Shown here: one piece after another, positions 1 to 12,712 of the stretch | Layout: the number at the start of each line of letters is the position of its first letter | How positions within the stretch are numbered: position 1 is the first letter of the stretch | NCBI GenBank assembly: GCA_002633005.1 | Contig: NMRA01000096.1 | Location: 885,691-949,690, forward strand | Length of the DNA: 64,000 nt | Direction of reading: 5' to 3' | Origin: Phoronis australis | Taxonomy: Eukaryota; Animalia; Phoronida | Position numbers and translations under genes: made by a program | Notes under the pieces: model-generated | Told to the model about the DNA's origin: nothing | Seen by the model: the letters and a program-made list of their open reading frames with translations, nothing else | The model's database searches: none

Positions 1-1292
1 GGAAAAGGCTTTGTTCCATTCCACACTTCCCTGACACTTCAACATGGAACAAACTGACCAACACATCAGCAAGGTGACCCATCTTTTTTATTCAGGAATC
101 GTGCTTGGGCAGCAAAGACTTAAATAAGAAACAGTTTTGCGCAGGTATATCACAAACAAAGGTCCGCTATTGATGCGATTGCGCCAACCTAATAGCATTG
201 CACTGAATTACCACACTGTAACCTTACATTCAACATCACAAACCCACATCTGTCAGGAGGACACTCCACAATCGTCCCTCAGTTTTGCATCAGTGTGTTA
301 GGCTATGTATTCCCTAACAAAGAGTGAGAATGTGCACTATGTAACATAAAGGGGAAGTGGAAAATGATTTAATTCTTACACTGAGAATAATCAATGAACC
401 CAACACCAGCTTCATCATTTTCATCTGAACTGATTGAACAAAATGCTATTTCACACTTGATAGCACCTGTTACTGCCTCAGCACACAGGGAGGCCTGCCC
501 AACCTAGATGGAGTATATGCTTTTGAAAACCTTCAAACGCATTCAGATTGATGGACCACCAGTGGGAGACCACCACTCCAGGTCATTAGATGCACCTACT
601 AATAGCCTAAATCAATAATCACAGGACAGCAAACTCACAAATTACAGGCACGCTTTACTTTGCCATTTTCCCTCAGCACAACATCTCTATAGGATCTCTA
701 CACGTACTATGCCTTTGGCATTTTAATTGTGAATAACAAACAGTCTCAACACTAGGACATAACAGAGTTGTATAAACATGTGTGGACAACCTAAGTCAAC
801 AACATGTGTTGTTTGAAGACCAGTTGGAGAACAGGCATGCCAGACATGCAGCAAAAATCAGGCAATTTACAGTACTTACATACTAGAATAACAAAGTCAA
901 ATAGGTCAACTGCCATCCAGAGGCAAAATTAAAACCTGGATGGATCGGACTGGACAAAACAGTAAAGTAGACACCTGTATTTCATAACTGTAACAATGCA
1001 TGATCCACACTGGAATTTCGTTGATTTGTTATGTCTGACATTAGAACATTGTTTTAGAACTCAAGAAGACCACCACAGCTCTGTCCAGATGTAAGTTGTA
1101 CCTACCTGGGGTAACTTCAGCTGGTTTAGTGGGCTTTAGAATGAGGGCAGCAAAATGCCAGTTATTTAAAACTGACCACAAAGTAATAGCTATTTTTAAC
1201 AACTGTTGTACAAAATATTCACACTCGACAGGAACTGCAAAATTCATGAACATTCTGTGACTATGTGGTGAAAAGAGTACGTTGAGACTGAG

Positions 1293-3282
1293 AACAAGAG
1301 TAACGCAGAGCGTTGAAATGCGCCCACAATTGCACCGTATATGGTATCCTTCTAGGGTTGTTTATTGGTACCATAAAGTGGCCAGTAGAGGGCATATATG
1401 TAGTATGTTGTACTTTGCAAAATGGAAAGGCATGGTCATTGTCTCCTCAATAGGCTAGGTTTCAAAATGTGAGTGATCTTCATAATACAGGCACATCCTA
1501 TGCATCAGTTGCTTAAAGCACCACAGAAACGTAGAATTAAAAACAAATTTACCAACATACGAGATTAGCACAGCATTAGAATGCCAGAAACAAATTTCTA
1601 CTTGGAACTTTTCCTTCATAGTCACGAAGTAACACAAAGTATACACCTGAAGACCTATGAAAATACAGAGGTCAATGTAAAATACTAAAATTGCCACTAG
1701 AGGCAAATACTAAAATTGCCACTAGAGGCATACCGGTAATCAGAATCATCCTAAAGTCGTCATCGTCCGTTGTCAACATCACATAAATACACTTGCTAAA
1801 TTTAGTAAAGATCCTGCAAACGGTTTGGGAGATACAGCCATGGGCGCAAAAAAACAAAACTGCCACTAGGAGGCGCCACAGTAGTCCAAATCGTCTGAAA
1901 ATCATTGTCAGCTGTCTTCCTTATAGTAAGCACATACACGCCAATTTTCACAATCATCCTTTGAGCGGTTTGGTTGATAGAGGGGTGGACGCAAAAATAC
2001 AGACTCGAAAACAGTAAAAATGGCCACTAGGTGGCGCAAACTATGTCGAATCCATCTGAAAACGGGAGGATAGCGTCATCTCACTAATAGGTGCTTACAT
2101 ACCAAATTTCATGAAAATCCGTTCAGGACTTTTGAAGATACAAAGGTAAGCGTAAAAAACTAAAATTGCCACTAGGGGGCGCACCGGTAGTCGGATCCGT
2201 CCAAAAGTCATCATGTTCTGTTGTTATCATCATATAAATATACTTACACAATTTCGTAAGATCCTGCGAAAGGTTTAGGAGATACAGCGATAGGCGAAAA
2301 AAAAAACTGCCACTAGGAGGCGCCACAGTAGTTGAAATCGTCGGAAAATCATCGTCAACTGTTCTCTACATAGTAAGCATATACATGCCAATTTTCACAA
2401 TCATCCTTTGAGCGGTTTGGTTGATAGAGGGGTGGACGCACAAAAAGACTCGAAAACACTAAAAATGGCCACTAGGTGGCGCAAACTATGTTGAATCCAT
2501 CTGAAAATGGGAGGATAGCGTCATCTCACTAATAGGTGCCAATATACCAAATTTCATGAAAATCCGTTCAGGACTTTTGAAGATACAAAGGTAAGCGTAA
2601 AAAACTAAAATTGCCACTAGGGGACACACCGGTAGTCAAATCCGTCCGAAAGTCGTCATGTTCCGTTGTTAACATCATATAAATATACTTACACAATTTC
2701 GTAAAAATCCTGCGAACGGTTTAGGAGATACAGCCATAGGCGAAAAGAAAAACTGCCACTAGAAGGCGCCACAGTAGTCGAAATCGTCGGAAAATCATCG
2801 TCAACCGTCCTCTACATAGTAAGCATATACATGCCAATTTTCACAATCATCCTTTGAGCGGTTTGGTTGATAGAGGGGTTGACGCACAAAAACACTCGCA
2901 AACACTAAAAATGGCCACTAGGTGGCGCAAACTATGTCGAATCCATCTGAAAACGGGAGGATAGCGTCATCTCACTAATAAGTGCCTACATACCAAATTT
3001 CATGAAAATCCGTTCAGGACTTTAGAAGATACAAAGGTAAGCATAAAAAACTAAAATTGCCACTAGGGGGCACACCGGTAGTTGGATCCATCCGAATGCT
3101 CGCACATGCCGTCCCATTCAAGAATGGAACATATGTGCCAAATTTCATGAACATATGTCAAAGGGTTTTGGAGATAGAGCAGCGGACGCCGGACGCCAGA
3201 CGCCGGACGGACGCCGCCCGTACAGACGGATGGAGATGACGGCATAATGCGTCCACATATAAATATGTGGGCGCATAATAAA
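1293..3282 (-). mobile_element. Helentron-associated non-autonomous element (HINE/DINE-1-like) with 3 internal ~446-450 bp tandem units
   Basis: Reverse complement of the copies at 50384 and 53303. Subterminal inverted repeat atgcgcccaca/tgtgggcgcat, short 5' palindrome, degenerate (GTCC)n microsatellite near the 5' end, 3' hairpin followed by a T-rich end, no TSD. Unit marker actaaaattgccactag recurs at about 1708, 2159, 2604 and 3050. Confidence 0.8.
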
Positions 3283-6200
3283 TGCTCTGAACCAGCTGTA
3301 ACATAAGCCAAAAATGTCCACACTTGCTTAGGAAGTAACTTATCTTCCAAAAATTCAAACTCACTATATAGGTGTTTAAATCTGACGGAAATAAGCTAAA
3401 ATGGACGTCTAGGCGAAATTCAAACTCGCTGCTGCGACGAGTTAAAACAGGCTGTAGAGAATACAGAGCCAACCTCTAATAAAGCCAAGTGTAAATGAGA
3501 ACAGGGAAAGTATACATATTTCTCTAATTACTCACTGACACAAGAGGTAGTTTTACTGCTTGACAGAAAAATTCCTTTTCCAGAAGGCACATTTCGACAG
3601 GCAGACTGAAGTTGAGTGAAGACTGTCTATTAAAATAAAAATGTTTTCATAAGTGTCAGGCTGACCACAAGAAAACACATTTGTTGGGATTGCTCATGCA
3701 CGTAATGCTGTGAGATCTGCTAATTATTGGTCCACCAACACAATTGTGCAAAACTTTCTATAACCCTACATAAGCATAGAAGCAAACTTTCATACCAGGT
3801 CTGTGAATAACCACTATTGTTATTGGACATAGGTGTTTGTGGGAGGGTTACCACTATTAATGTAGTGCTTACATTCGAAAGGACATTCAAAATTGGCCAA
3901 AGAAAAACTGCCATGTCACCCACTCAACGCACTCTGGTTTAATGATGCTTCTGTTAACAGGTTTTTACAAGAGTGAAGCAACCGTGAACGTCAGGTGAAT
4001 CAGAGTCAGCACCTTGCAAACAGAACAAATCTACATCAGAGAAAAATCAAGATTACAGATGCCAAAATACAACTAGTTACCTCGCTGTCCTGGAGTTGAC
4101 CAGAGAAGCTTCACACTTGGCTACAAATTGTTAATATCAGGGTATCAGTGCATTCCACACCCATTCATAACAGGCAACCACCGAGCAGTGAGGCTGAACA
4201 CCACTCCACATAGCATACAGTCACAAACTATTTGATTTCAACTCAACAATGCCCTGAGCCACTCAAGATATTCTATACGGTTTGTAAAGCACTATGTCCG
4301 GGATTGTTCAGAGCTATATAACAGTTCCAGAATGGTTAACAAAATACTGATCTGAATCTCAATTCAGGGCTTCCAGTTAGTAGTGGTAACATTACTTTGA
4401 GACTTGTGACCTAAAATTATTACCACTCAGACCCCCCCAACTTCAATAGGTGTTTTCTACTTGTGTTCGCAGCTTCTTAGCCTCAAGGCTTGGTAGCTAA
4501 GTGCCAAGACTTCACAAGTGCCACTGTGACAGAAACAACAGAGAGACCATGTCCTGTTTTGAAAACTTAACAAATTATCACCTTGTTTCATTTTAAATAC
4601 CTAAAACCCCTAGAACACACCTTGTCATAGCTATCAGATAAGATAAACCACAGTCAAATTAATATGGTAACCCATTCAGGTAGAGTCTCACCTTACCTGT
4701 GTGGATACCAAACTTGACCTACATTCAAACTGATGACTTCATAGCATGAAGGTGCTCCAATATCGGACACTGCCAAATATTGAAAGCTTTAATAATCAAA
4801 TTTATAACTTCGTTGTTTCTCATGTGAGATCGTGACCTTCAACCTACAATTAACTGAAGAATATGTACATCAATAATTTTCAACTGACTTAATATTTACA
4901 TATGCATTGATCTCCATACAAGTCTTCAAGGAAATACAGCATTTAAAGTATTATGGCTACAGTACTTTCACATAAACAAGAAATCTGAGATAATGAAGAA
5001 TGGTGGTTATGTGGGTTTCTCAATTTATTGGCACCCTGTATCAGGGCAACCATTTTTCTTCTCAGTCTTGAAAATGACAGTTGAGCTGTCGAAACATGTA
5101 TAGCAATATGTGTTATTTTCTTTACTCATTTGTTGTTGAATGATGTTTTAATTAATAAACGAACTATTTTTGTTCATTTTTCAGGAGTATGAAAACATTC
5201 AAACCAATTTTGCAACAGTTAATCACTAAAGTGGAGCAGTCTATACACCTGTTGTTCCTTCTAAACTTACATCAAATTTTACAAGTGAGTCGAGTCAAAA
5301 AGAAAATCTTAATCTGAGATATAATTGTGGAAATGTACTGTCGAACACTAAGTCCCGTCACAAACAAGATCATACGCTTTTGTCGAGGACAATGTCTGTA
5401 ATACCTATATGATAATCTACAGCAATGCATGCCCTGACCATATGGACACTTTTTGGGAAATGAGAACTGAAAAAAATCTCAAGGGGGCTCTTTCAGGGTC
5501 GTTTTGCATGTACGCAGCGCTCTTTTGGAAGTTCCCAGGATGTGCGATACACTGAAGTAAACAATTTTCTTTGGAAAAAATATTTCTGAATCATGTACAG
5601 ACACATGTGCCTAAATACATGGCAATACGGTACATGTCTTGTAGAGTAGCAAGAACCTATTCCAGTTCATAACATGTTCTCGGGTCACAAAACCCTGGAC
5701 GGCCATAGGTGGAGTAGTACTAACTCACCTGCACCTAGAGTTTCCCAGGTTAATGTCCAACAATACAAATATGATTAGGAAGTGTTAGCACAGCTCAAAT
5801 AGGACACACTTAGTCCACACTACACCAGACTCCTCAATCAATATCAGGCCTCCCAACACCCAAGTCCTCCAACACTCAAGGTCTCAGCCACAGGAATGGC
5901 ATGACTCTTGAGTTTTGACTTCTGGGCTTGCCCAAACCCCTCATTCAGTCAAGTTATGAGAAACAAAAATTGTAATCAAAACATTTCACAACTCCAGCTG
6001 TCCTGAATTTGAGAGGGAATTTGAGGATGGGGTCTAGCTTGAACTGTTTGACACCTTGCTTATACTTTAGCCAGTCAAATTATTCAGCACAAAAAAAAAT
6101 GTAATGGGCTGCAATAAAACAAACAAAGAAAGAAACAAATTTCCCTAATAAGTAATTACGTAACATCTTGTCATGTGAATACAGTGATCGTTTTGCATGT

Positions 6201-7613
6201 TTTGAGGCACTCAACCATCTGGCTGTTAATTGACTTCAGATAAGTCTGGTCTGGGACCCACATTGCTTTAGACATAATTAATACCCAAGTCAACTGCTAC
6301 CCCTAAGAGGTCACCGATCTGTGCTACCTCACCTCGGGCACAACAGAAAGACGCCCAGTGACCCACCCATAACTCTCTCGACTCTGTATGTTTCTGTTTA
6401 ACCCCGAGCAGATTCAAAGTAAAGAAGGTCAGTTCTCAATTTTGTTGACATATGAAATGACCTATCACAAAAAACTTAATTGCCAGACTATTCGTCGAAT
6501 TGGAATTATTTAAAGACACCTCTAGGCTCATAGGGTACTTATAATGACATGACTTCGGTGATACAGACAAGGTGAGGCGTAATTAGTGGAAAATCTTCCA
6601 GCATACATGGCATATTAGCATGCGCTGCTTCCTCAGGGATATACGTAGTCACTAGTCCAGTCATCAGTGCAACTAGAAAGGTGAAGTAGAAGTTCACTGG
6701 CTGGTCACCGAGGTGATGAGCAAATTTTCAGAGTTGTTATCCAGCAATCTTATCATTCTGCAGCGTGGAGTTCACATAAATAATTCTCTCCTCACTATGG
6801 TGCGTCTACCTGGACATTAGCCTTGTTGCTAACAGTTTATTTCAGTTACTTTCAAAACGGTAATGACATGAAAACTAAATTTTAAGTTGCATTGCGTCTG
6901 AATCAGTGACAACTGACGTTGGTAAACAGGTTCTCGATGCAGTAGCATTGTAGGAAAGGGAACTTGACAAAGCCATAGTCAGCCACGGACTTTCATTTTG
7001 AGCCATAAACTTCTTCTTTAATAGCATCCCGTCTTTTGCATCAGTTTTGAAAAAACCATGTTCACTCGGCTCCAAGGCTTTATCAGACGGGCATGGAGGG
7101 ATAACGTGAAACTGTTCGAAACCTATACACAGATATTGACTGGCAGCTTTAGAGAAATGCCAATGTTATAATTAGTAACTGAGAAACTGAGGGCATTCTG
7201 TACTCTCTGGTTGCTGTAAATGCTTTTTGCTGGCATTTAAAATATAGAAGAAATTTGGGTACATTTTCTAGGGTGGAGGGAAATGGTAAAGTTTGATTTT
7301 TATCTTGCCTTATATCCTAAACAACACGTTTTGAACACTAAAACCTAGTACACCTTAAACTACGTATATATTGTGTTCCTGATTACTCGTTCTTAGAGCT
7401 TTTAACCTATGTTACACTATAAACTATGGTACATGGACCGCCAATTCCATATATTTTCAATGGACAAAATCTGTGATCTCATGCATAAGCCGTGACATCA
7501 CTATTCATTAGCGACACCTGGCAGACTTGCACGTTTTACTTCAGGCAAGTACGTTGTCTGTATATCATGGTCAGCTGTTGTATGGTCGGGTAGCTTTGCC
7601 AAAAGTACTCACG

Positions 7614-10600
7614 GTTACCAAGAGTTCTACTACTGGAACACTTTGAACAGTGTTTCAATGTTGAAATTACTTTTTCATTATACTAGGCAGTAAAATAGAC
7701 GCAAGAATGTCCCTTCGGCTGAAGCTGAGTTTGCTATGTCTAGAGGGTGGTGCCTCTGCTAGAATATTACACAAGAAAATATCGGAGTTGCGAATTTGTT
7801 GTCTATAATCTATGATTACACAAGGTGAGTGGTTTCATTTTAGCTTTTCTTACGTGAGAATAAGATGTGAGAATGATTGACTCCATGACATCAACTTTGT
7901 TTTATTTGCAATTAGACAAATGCAGACTCTCATCTAGTCATGCGGAAACTGGAACAATTTCAATTTGCCGGGGACATCGTGTTCTACCACTACAGTAATT
8001 ACAATGATAGCAGCAGGAATCAGTGTTCAACAAATACACCAACCAACCACCAAGCACTCACTAATTCTCCACGCATTGTCCCAAAACATGAACCTAGTAG
8101 GCTTAACAACTTTACAGAATCCAATTCTTTCCGATCGTAGTAGCACTGCGACCGATTCCTGTTACTGGTACACACACAGTGACTCACATATTGTACTCAT
8201 GGCGCTATTAACTTCAGACGGTCGTGCTGTCCTGTAGCCTACTCATCCACGGTGTTTGCCCTGGGTTGGGCCGAGTTGTGGGATGAATATTTTGACAAAC
8301 CAATTTTGACTTAAAAATAAACCTTTCTAAAATAAAAGAAGAAAGATAACGAAGGCTGCACTTACAGGAAATACTTACCCAAAAGATATTAAACAAGCGC
8401 CGAACGTGGACTCTGTGAAGTGATTTTCCTGTGTGATAAATTTTGTGAGTAAACTCGTATCAGTCTTTTACAACCGTACTGTGGTCACGTGATGTGACGT
8501 CACTTTGCAACAGGTGCTCTAGCGGTACTACACAAAACTAATTTTTGTACCAAGTTTCTCTCAGGCCAGTTGTCTATGTTCTACTCGCTGTTCTGGTATA
8601 CTTTGTCGGGGGAACTCGTGCGCCTGCTGGTCAGATTTCAATTTCAAACGCGTTTTTTTGTGATAATGGTTTGATTTCATAGATAAAATTTAGACTTTCC
8701 GGCGTCCTCCAATCCCGTCTATTACAGAAAAACAGCCGACAACTGAAAAATAGGGCAAGATCGGAAAACAGATCGTGCATTTGGCGGTCTCACATTTCGG
8801 CTACAGAAAGTCGCAGGGTGTTCATGTGCGTATGAACAGAAGTCGAATTTAGACTGAATAAAACAACAGTTGGTGTATTAATGCAATGCACAAGTTGCCC
8901 TTGCTTCCTAGTTTCTGTAAGATCAGACCATAGTCTTTTTCCAGTACTGGAGCTAACCGGCGTGGGCATGGAAGTCGAGCGGAGGGCTGTACGTATTCGA
9001 GAGGGGATCACTCATTGCTTTTTGTTTGCAGATAGGTTTAGAATTAATTGAATATNCCCGTTTGCAACAAGTGTTTGAAATAGTTCATTAATGAACCCTT
9101 TAGTGCGCAATAGGATTCATTATGTGCGCAAATTAGGAAATGTACCAATTAATTCAGGTCAAAGTTGAAGGTCGCGGGAACTGGCAACTTTTTCAACTTT
9201 TAAGTCAACGAAAGTGAAAAATACTTACGTAATAACGTGCGCAAGGGTTTCTTCTACAAGTTCACGAAGTTTCACGCCAAAATTCGAGAGTTTAGTCTTC
9301 TCCTGAGTTGAAAAACAAATACCAGTTGTTTTTACCGGCGGCCATTTTGCTTTGAAATGTCGGTCACGTCGCTGCAAAAAACTCGTGCAAAGTATTATTA
9401 AACGGATTTTGCGACGAAAAAAAACTAACATTTCAGTAAAATAACGTCTTATTTCATACTTTGAAGTAATTTTTATGCACATTTATTGCATTTTTGAGTG
9501 ATTTTTTGCCGATTTTTTTGTGCAAATTTTACACGGTGACAGATACGCGAAACGATTTGGTGACGTATGTTGTCCTCGCTACTGTTACCAAGAGTTCTAC
9601 TACTGGAACACTCTGAACAGCGTTTCAATGTTGAAATTACTTTTTCATTATACTAGGCAGTAAAATAGACGCAAGAATGTCCCTTCGGCTGAAGCTGAGT
9701 TTGCTATGTCTAGAGGGTGGTGCCTCTGCTAGAATATTACACAAGAAAATATCGGAGTTGCGAATCTGTTGTCTATAATCTATGATTACACAAGGTGAGT
9801 GGTTTCACTTTAGCTTTTCTTACGTGAGAATAAGATGTGAGAATGATTGACTCCATGACATCAACTTTGTTTTGTTTGCAATTAGACAAATGCAGACTCT
9901 CATCTAGTCATGCGGAAACTGGAACAATTTCAATTTGCTGGGGACATCGTGTTCTACCACTACAGCAATTACAATGACAGCAACAGGAATCAGTGTTCAA
10001 CAAATACACCAACCAACCACCAAGCACTCACTAATTCTCCAGGCATTGTCCCAAAACATGAACCTAGTAGGCTTAACAACTTTACAGAATCCAATTCTTT
10101 CCGATCGTAGTAGCACTGCGACCGATTCCTGTTACTGGTACACACACAGTGACTCACATATTGTACTCATGGCGCTATTTACTTCAGACGGTCGTGCTGT
10201 CCTGCAGCCTACTCATCCACCGTGTTTGCCCTGGGTTGGGCCGAGTTGTGGGATGAATATTTTGACAAACCAATTTTGACTTAAAAATAAACCTTTCTAA
10301 AACAAAAGAAGAAATATAACGAAGGCTGCACTTACAGGAAATACTTACCCAAAAGATATTAAACAAGAGCCGAACGTGGACTCTGTGAAGTGATTTTCCT
10401 GTGTGATAAATTTTGTGAGTAAACTCGTATCAGACCTTTTACAACCGTACTGTGGTCACGTGATGTGACGTCACTTTGCAACAGGTGCTCTAGCGGTACT
10501 ACACAAAACTAATTTTTGTACCAAGTTTTCTCAGGCCAGTTGCGTATGTTCTACTCGCTGTAGTCGGGGGAACTCGTGCGCCTGCTGGTCAGAGTTCAAT

Positions 10601-11013
10601 TTCAAACGCGTTTTTTGTGATAATGGTGTGATTTTATTGATAAAATTTAGACTTTCCGGCGTCCTCCAATCCCGTCTATTACTGAAAAACAGCCGACAAC
10701 TGAACAAATAGGGCAAGATCGGAAAACAGATCGTGCATTTGGCCGGTCCCATATTTCGCTACAGAAAGTCGCAGCCGGGGTGTTCATGTGCGTATGAACA
10801 GAAGTCGAATAGACTGAATAAAACAACAGTTGGTGTATTAATGCAATGCACAAGTTGCCCTTGTTTCCTAGTTTCTGCAGACCATAGTATTTTTCCAATA
10901 CTGGAGCTAGTAACCGGCGTGGGCATGGAAGTCGCGCCGGAGGGCTGCACGTATTCGAGAGGGGATCACTCATTGTTTTTTGTTTGCAGATAGGTTTAGA
11001 ATTAATTGAATAT
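7614..11013. repeat. Near-identical ~1.43 kb direct duplication (7614-9056 vs 9584-11013) spanning the N at 9057; probable uncollapsed haplotypes
   Basis: Both copies start gttaccaagagttctac and end aattaattgaatat. The first copy ends exactly at the N. They differ by SNPs and small indels. Confidence 0.8.
9058..9584. mobile_element. Partial insertion present only before the second duplicate copy (putative non-autonomous DNA element, left end cut by contig start)
   Basis: Absent before 7614. Ends ...gtcctcgctactg (reverse complement CAGTAGCGAGGAC, a TIR-like end). Confidence 0.45.
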
Positions 11014-12431
11014 CGGTAACTAATTTTACTTCCTTTTTTGAAAGCAGTCTTCAAATACATCATGCTAGTATAAATGGGAAGCTCCAACAGAAGGGGGCAC
11101 TGGGTCTGACACAACGCCCCAACTGTAAAGTTATGACGTAATCTGGTAGTCAACAAGGATGGCTGGTTGTCGTGATGGTGAAGAAAGTTGTTCCCACTCT
11201 ACCCAGATAATAGAACGACTCATTCTTCGTTAGCGCTACCCAGCGAATATCGAGTCTCCCATTTATTCCCGTATAAGGTTACGCCTGGTATAACCTTTAA
11301 AACTAAAACTATTCCCTGAAACACATTATTTCGACTAAAAACCCATGCTTATCATAACGAAGTTCACAGCAATTGTTACTCAGTTATTCTTTACTGAATA
11401 ACGACTGATTGGCAGAGAACTAGACAAACAAATAACAACCGACTTTATATCCGAACAAAAGATATGGCCTTACATTCCAGCTCTTTGCACGGTATGCTCT
11501 TTTTTATCTTCACGAGATCAAAACGCATCCAACTGCTAAAATAAATAATTCTTAACGTATGATTACTAGTTAGCCTTTATTTGAATTGAAGGTTTGTTCT
11601 AAATTTTGAAAACAAAGTAAGCTTTAGTGTCATTCACTCCGGGGGCCATTTTTGTTTGTACCGCACCAAAGACTCAAAAACTACAGAGAATTTCATTACC
11701 CAAAAACATGAGATACCTTCATTTCAGAATAAAGTTCCACTAAACGGACTTGGGTTAGTTAAAATATGAAGCTTTTATACGGCTATAAACTCGCGTTACG
11801 TCTAAGAAACAACCTTTGCTCTGGCTTTAGAAAACTCACCATTATACAACTGATCTCTACCTGCTTCTCAGATGAGAAGTTGTTTTTGGGATCGGAAAAA
11901 AATGCGGACAGTTCGTTATTTCTGGAGGAATGACATCATGCTTGGCGTAAGAAATTATGATCGGCGTGACTCAAGCCAGCCCAGTGGAGCCTAGCCTCAC
12001 TGTCACCAGATGGCGAGACCGTCTCAAGTGGAGTCGAGAACAGCAAACAACTCGTAGAAATCGATATTTCGTGAGCCCGCTCAAAAATAGTTCGGAAAAG
12101 ACATAATTTACGAGAAAAGGGAGCAGAAGCAATGAAGTTCTGTTATCAAAAGCAGAAAGTGTAGCTTAGCATTGCTTTTGCTGCCCGTTATAACGTTTTC
12201 TGGACTTCACTCCATTTATTGTACAATATATTTTTCGTAATAAAGATATGGCATGATAATGCCATGCACTTATTCTTATGAAAATACCGCAGGTTGAGAT
12301 AATGTGTCCGAATCTAAGTGATTAAGATAGCACGTTAGTGCTTGTTTAGGATGCAAATGCCTGGTCCCAGTTAGAAAGAAGCAAACTGTCATTTTTTAGA
12401 CCAATAGTTCACAACGCTAACGGCTCTAAAT

Positions 12432-12712
12432 CATGCGCGCATCCAGGGGGAGGGCTCTAGGGGGCTCGAACGAGCTCCCCCATTTGGCGAAGTGAGCAAA
12501 AAGGTCCGCCTCAGAGAAACAAAAAGTCCGAGAAAACAAGATTAAAATCCATTAAAAAGGTGCAAACGCACAATTCCCAGCAAGTACAGCTCCGATAGTG
12601 GTACTGTTGTTTTTTTTTTTAGTCGACCGACTAATTTGTTAGTAAAAGGTCCACATCCAGTCGCCAAGAATTCGACTCCCCCATATTGAAGGCTGGGTTC
12701 GTGTATGTACAT
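12432..12712. mobile_element. Degenerate GC-ended MITE-like element
   Basis: Left end catgcgcgcatccagggggagggctctagggggctcgaac; internal aaaaggtcc repeats; right end gactccccc...gtgtatgtacatg. Confidence 0.4.

Noticed and set aside
1681-3076. Regularly spaced ccactagg motif resembling a CRISPR array
   Set aside because: The intervening sequences are themselves repeats with a 3-subunit period, the context is eukaryotic, and there are no cas genes.
1455-3472. ORFs within the repeated element (also 50311-51468 and 53250-54024)
   Set aside because: They recur only because the element is repeated. No transposase or Rep/helicase motifs, and frames are not preserved between copies.
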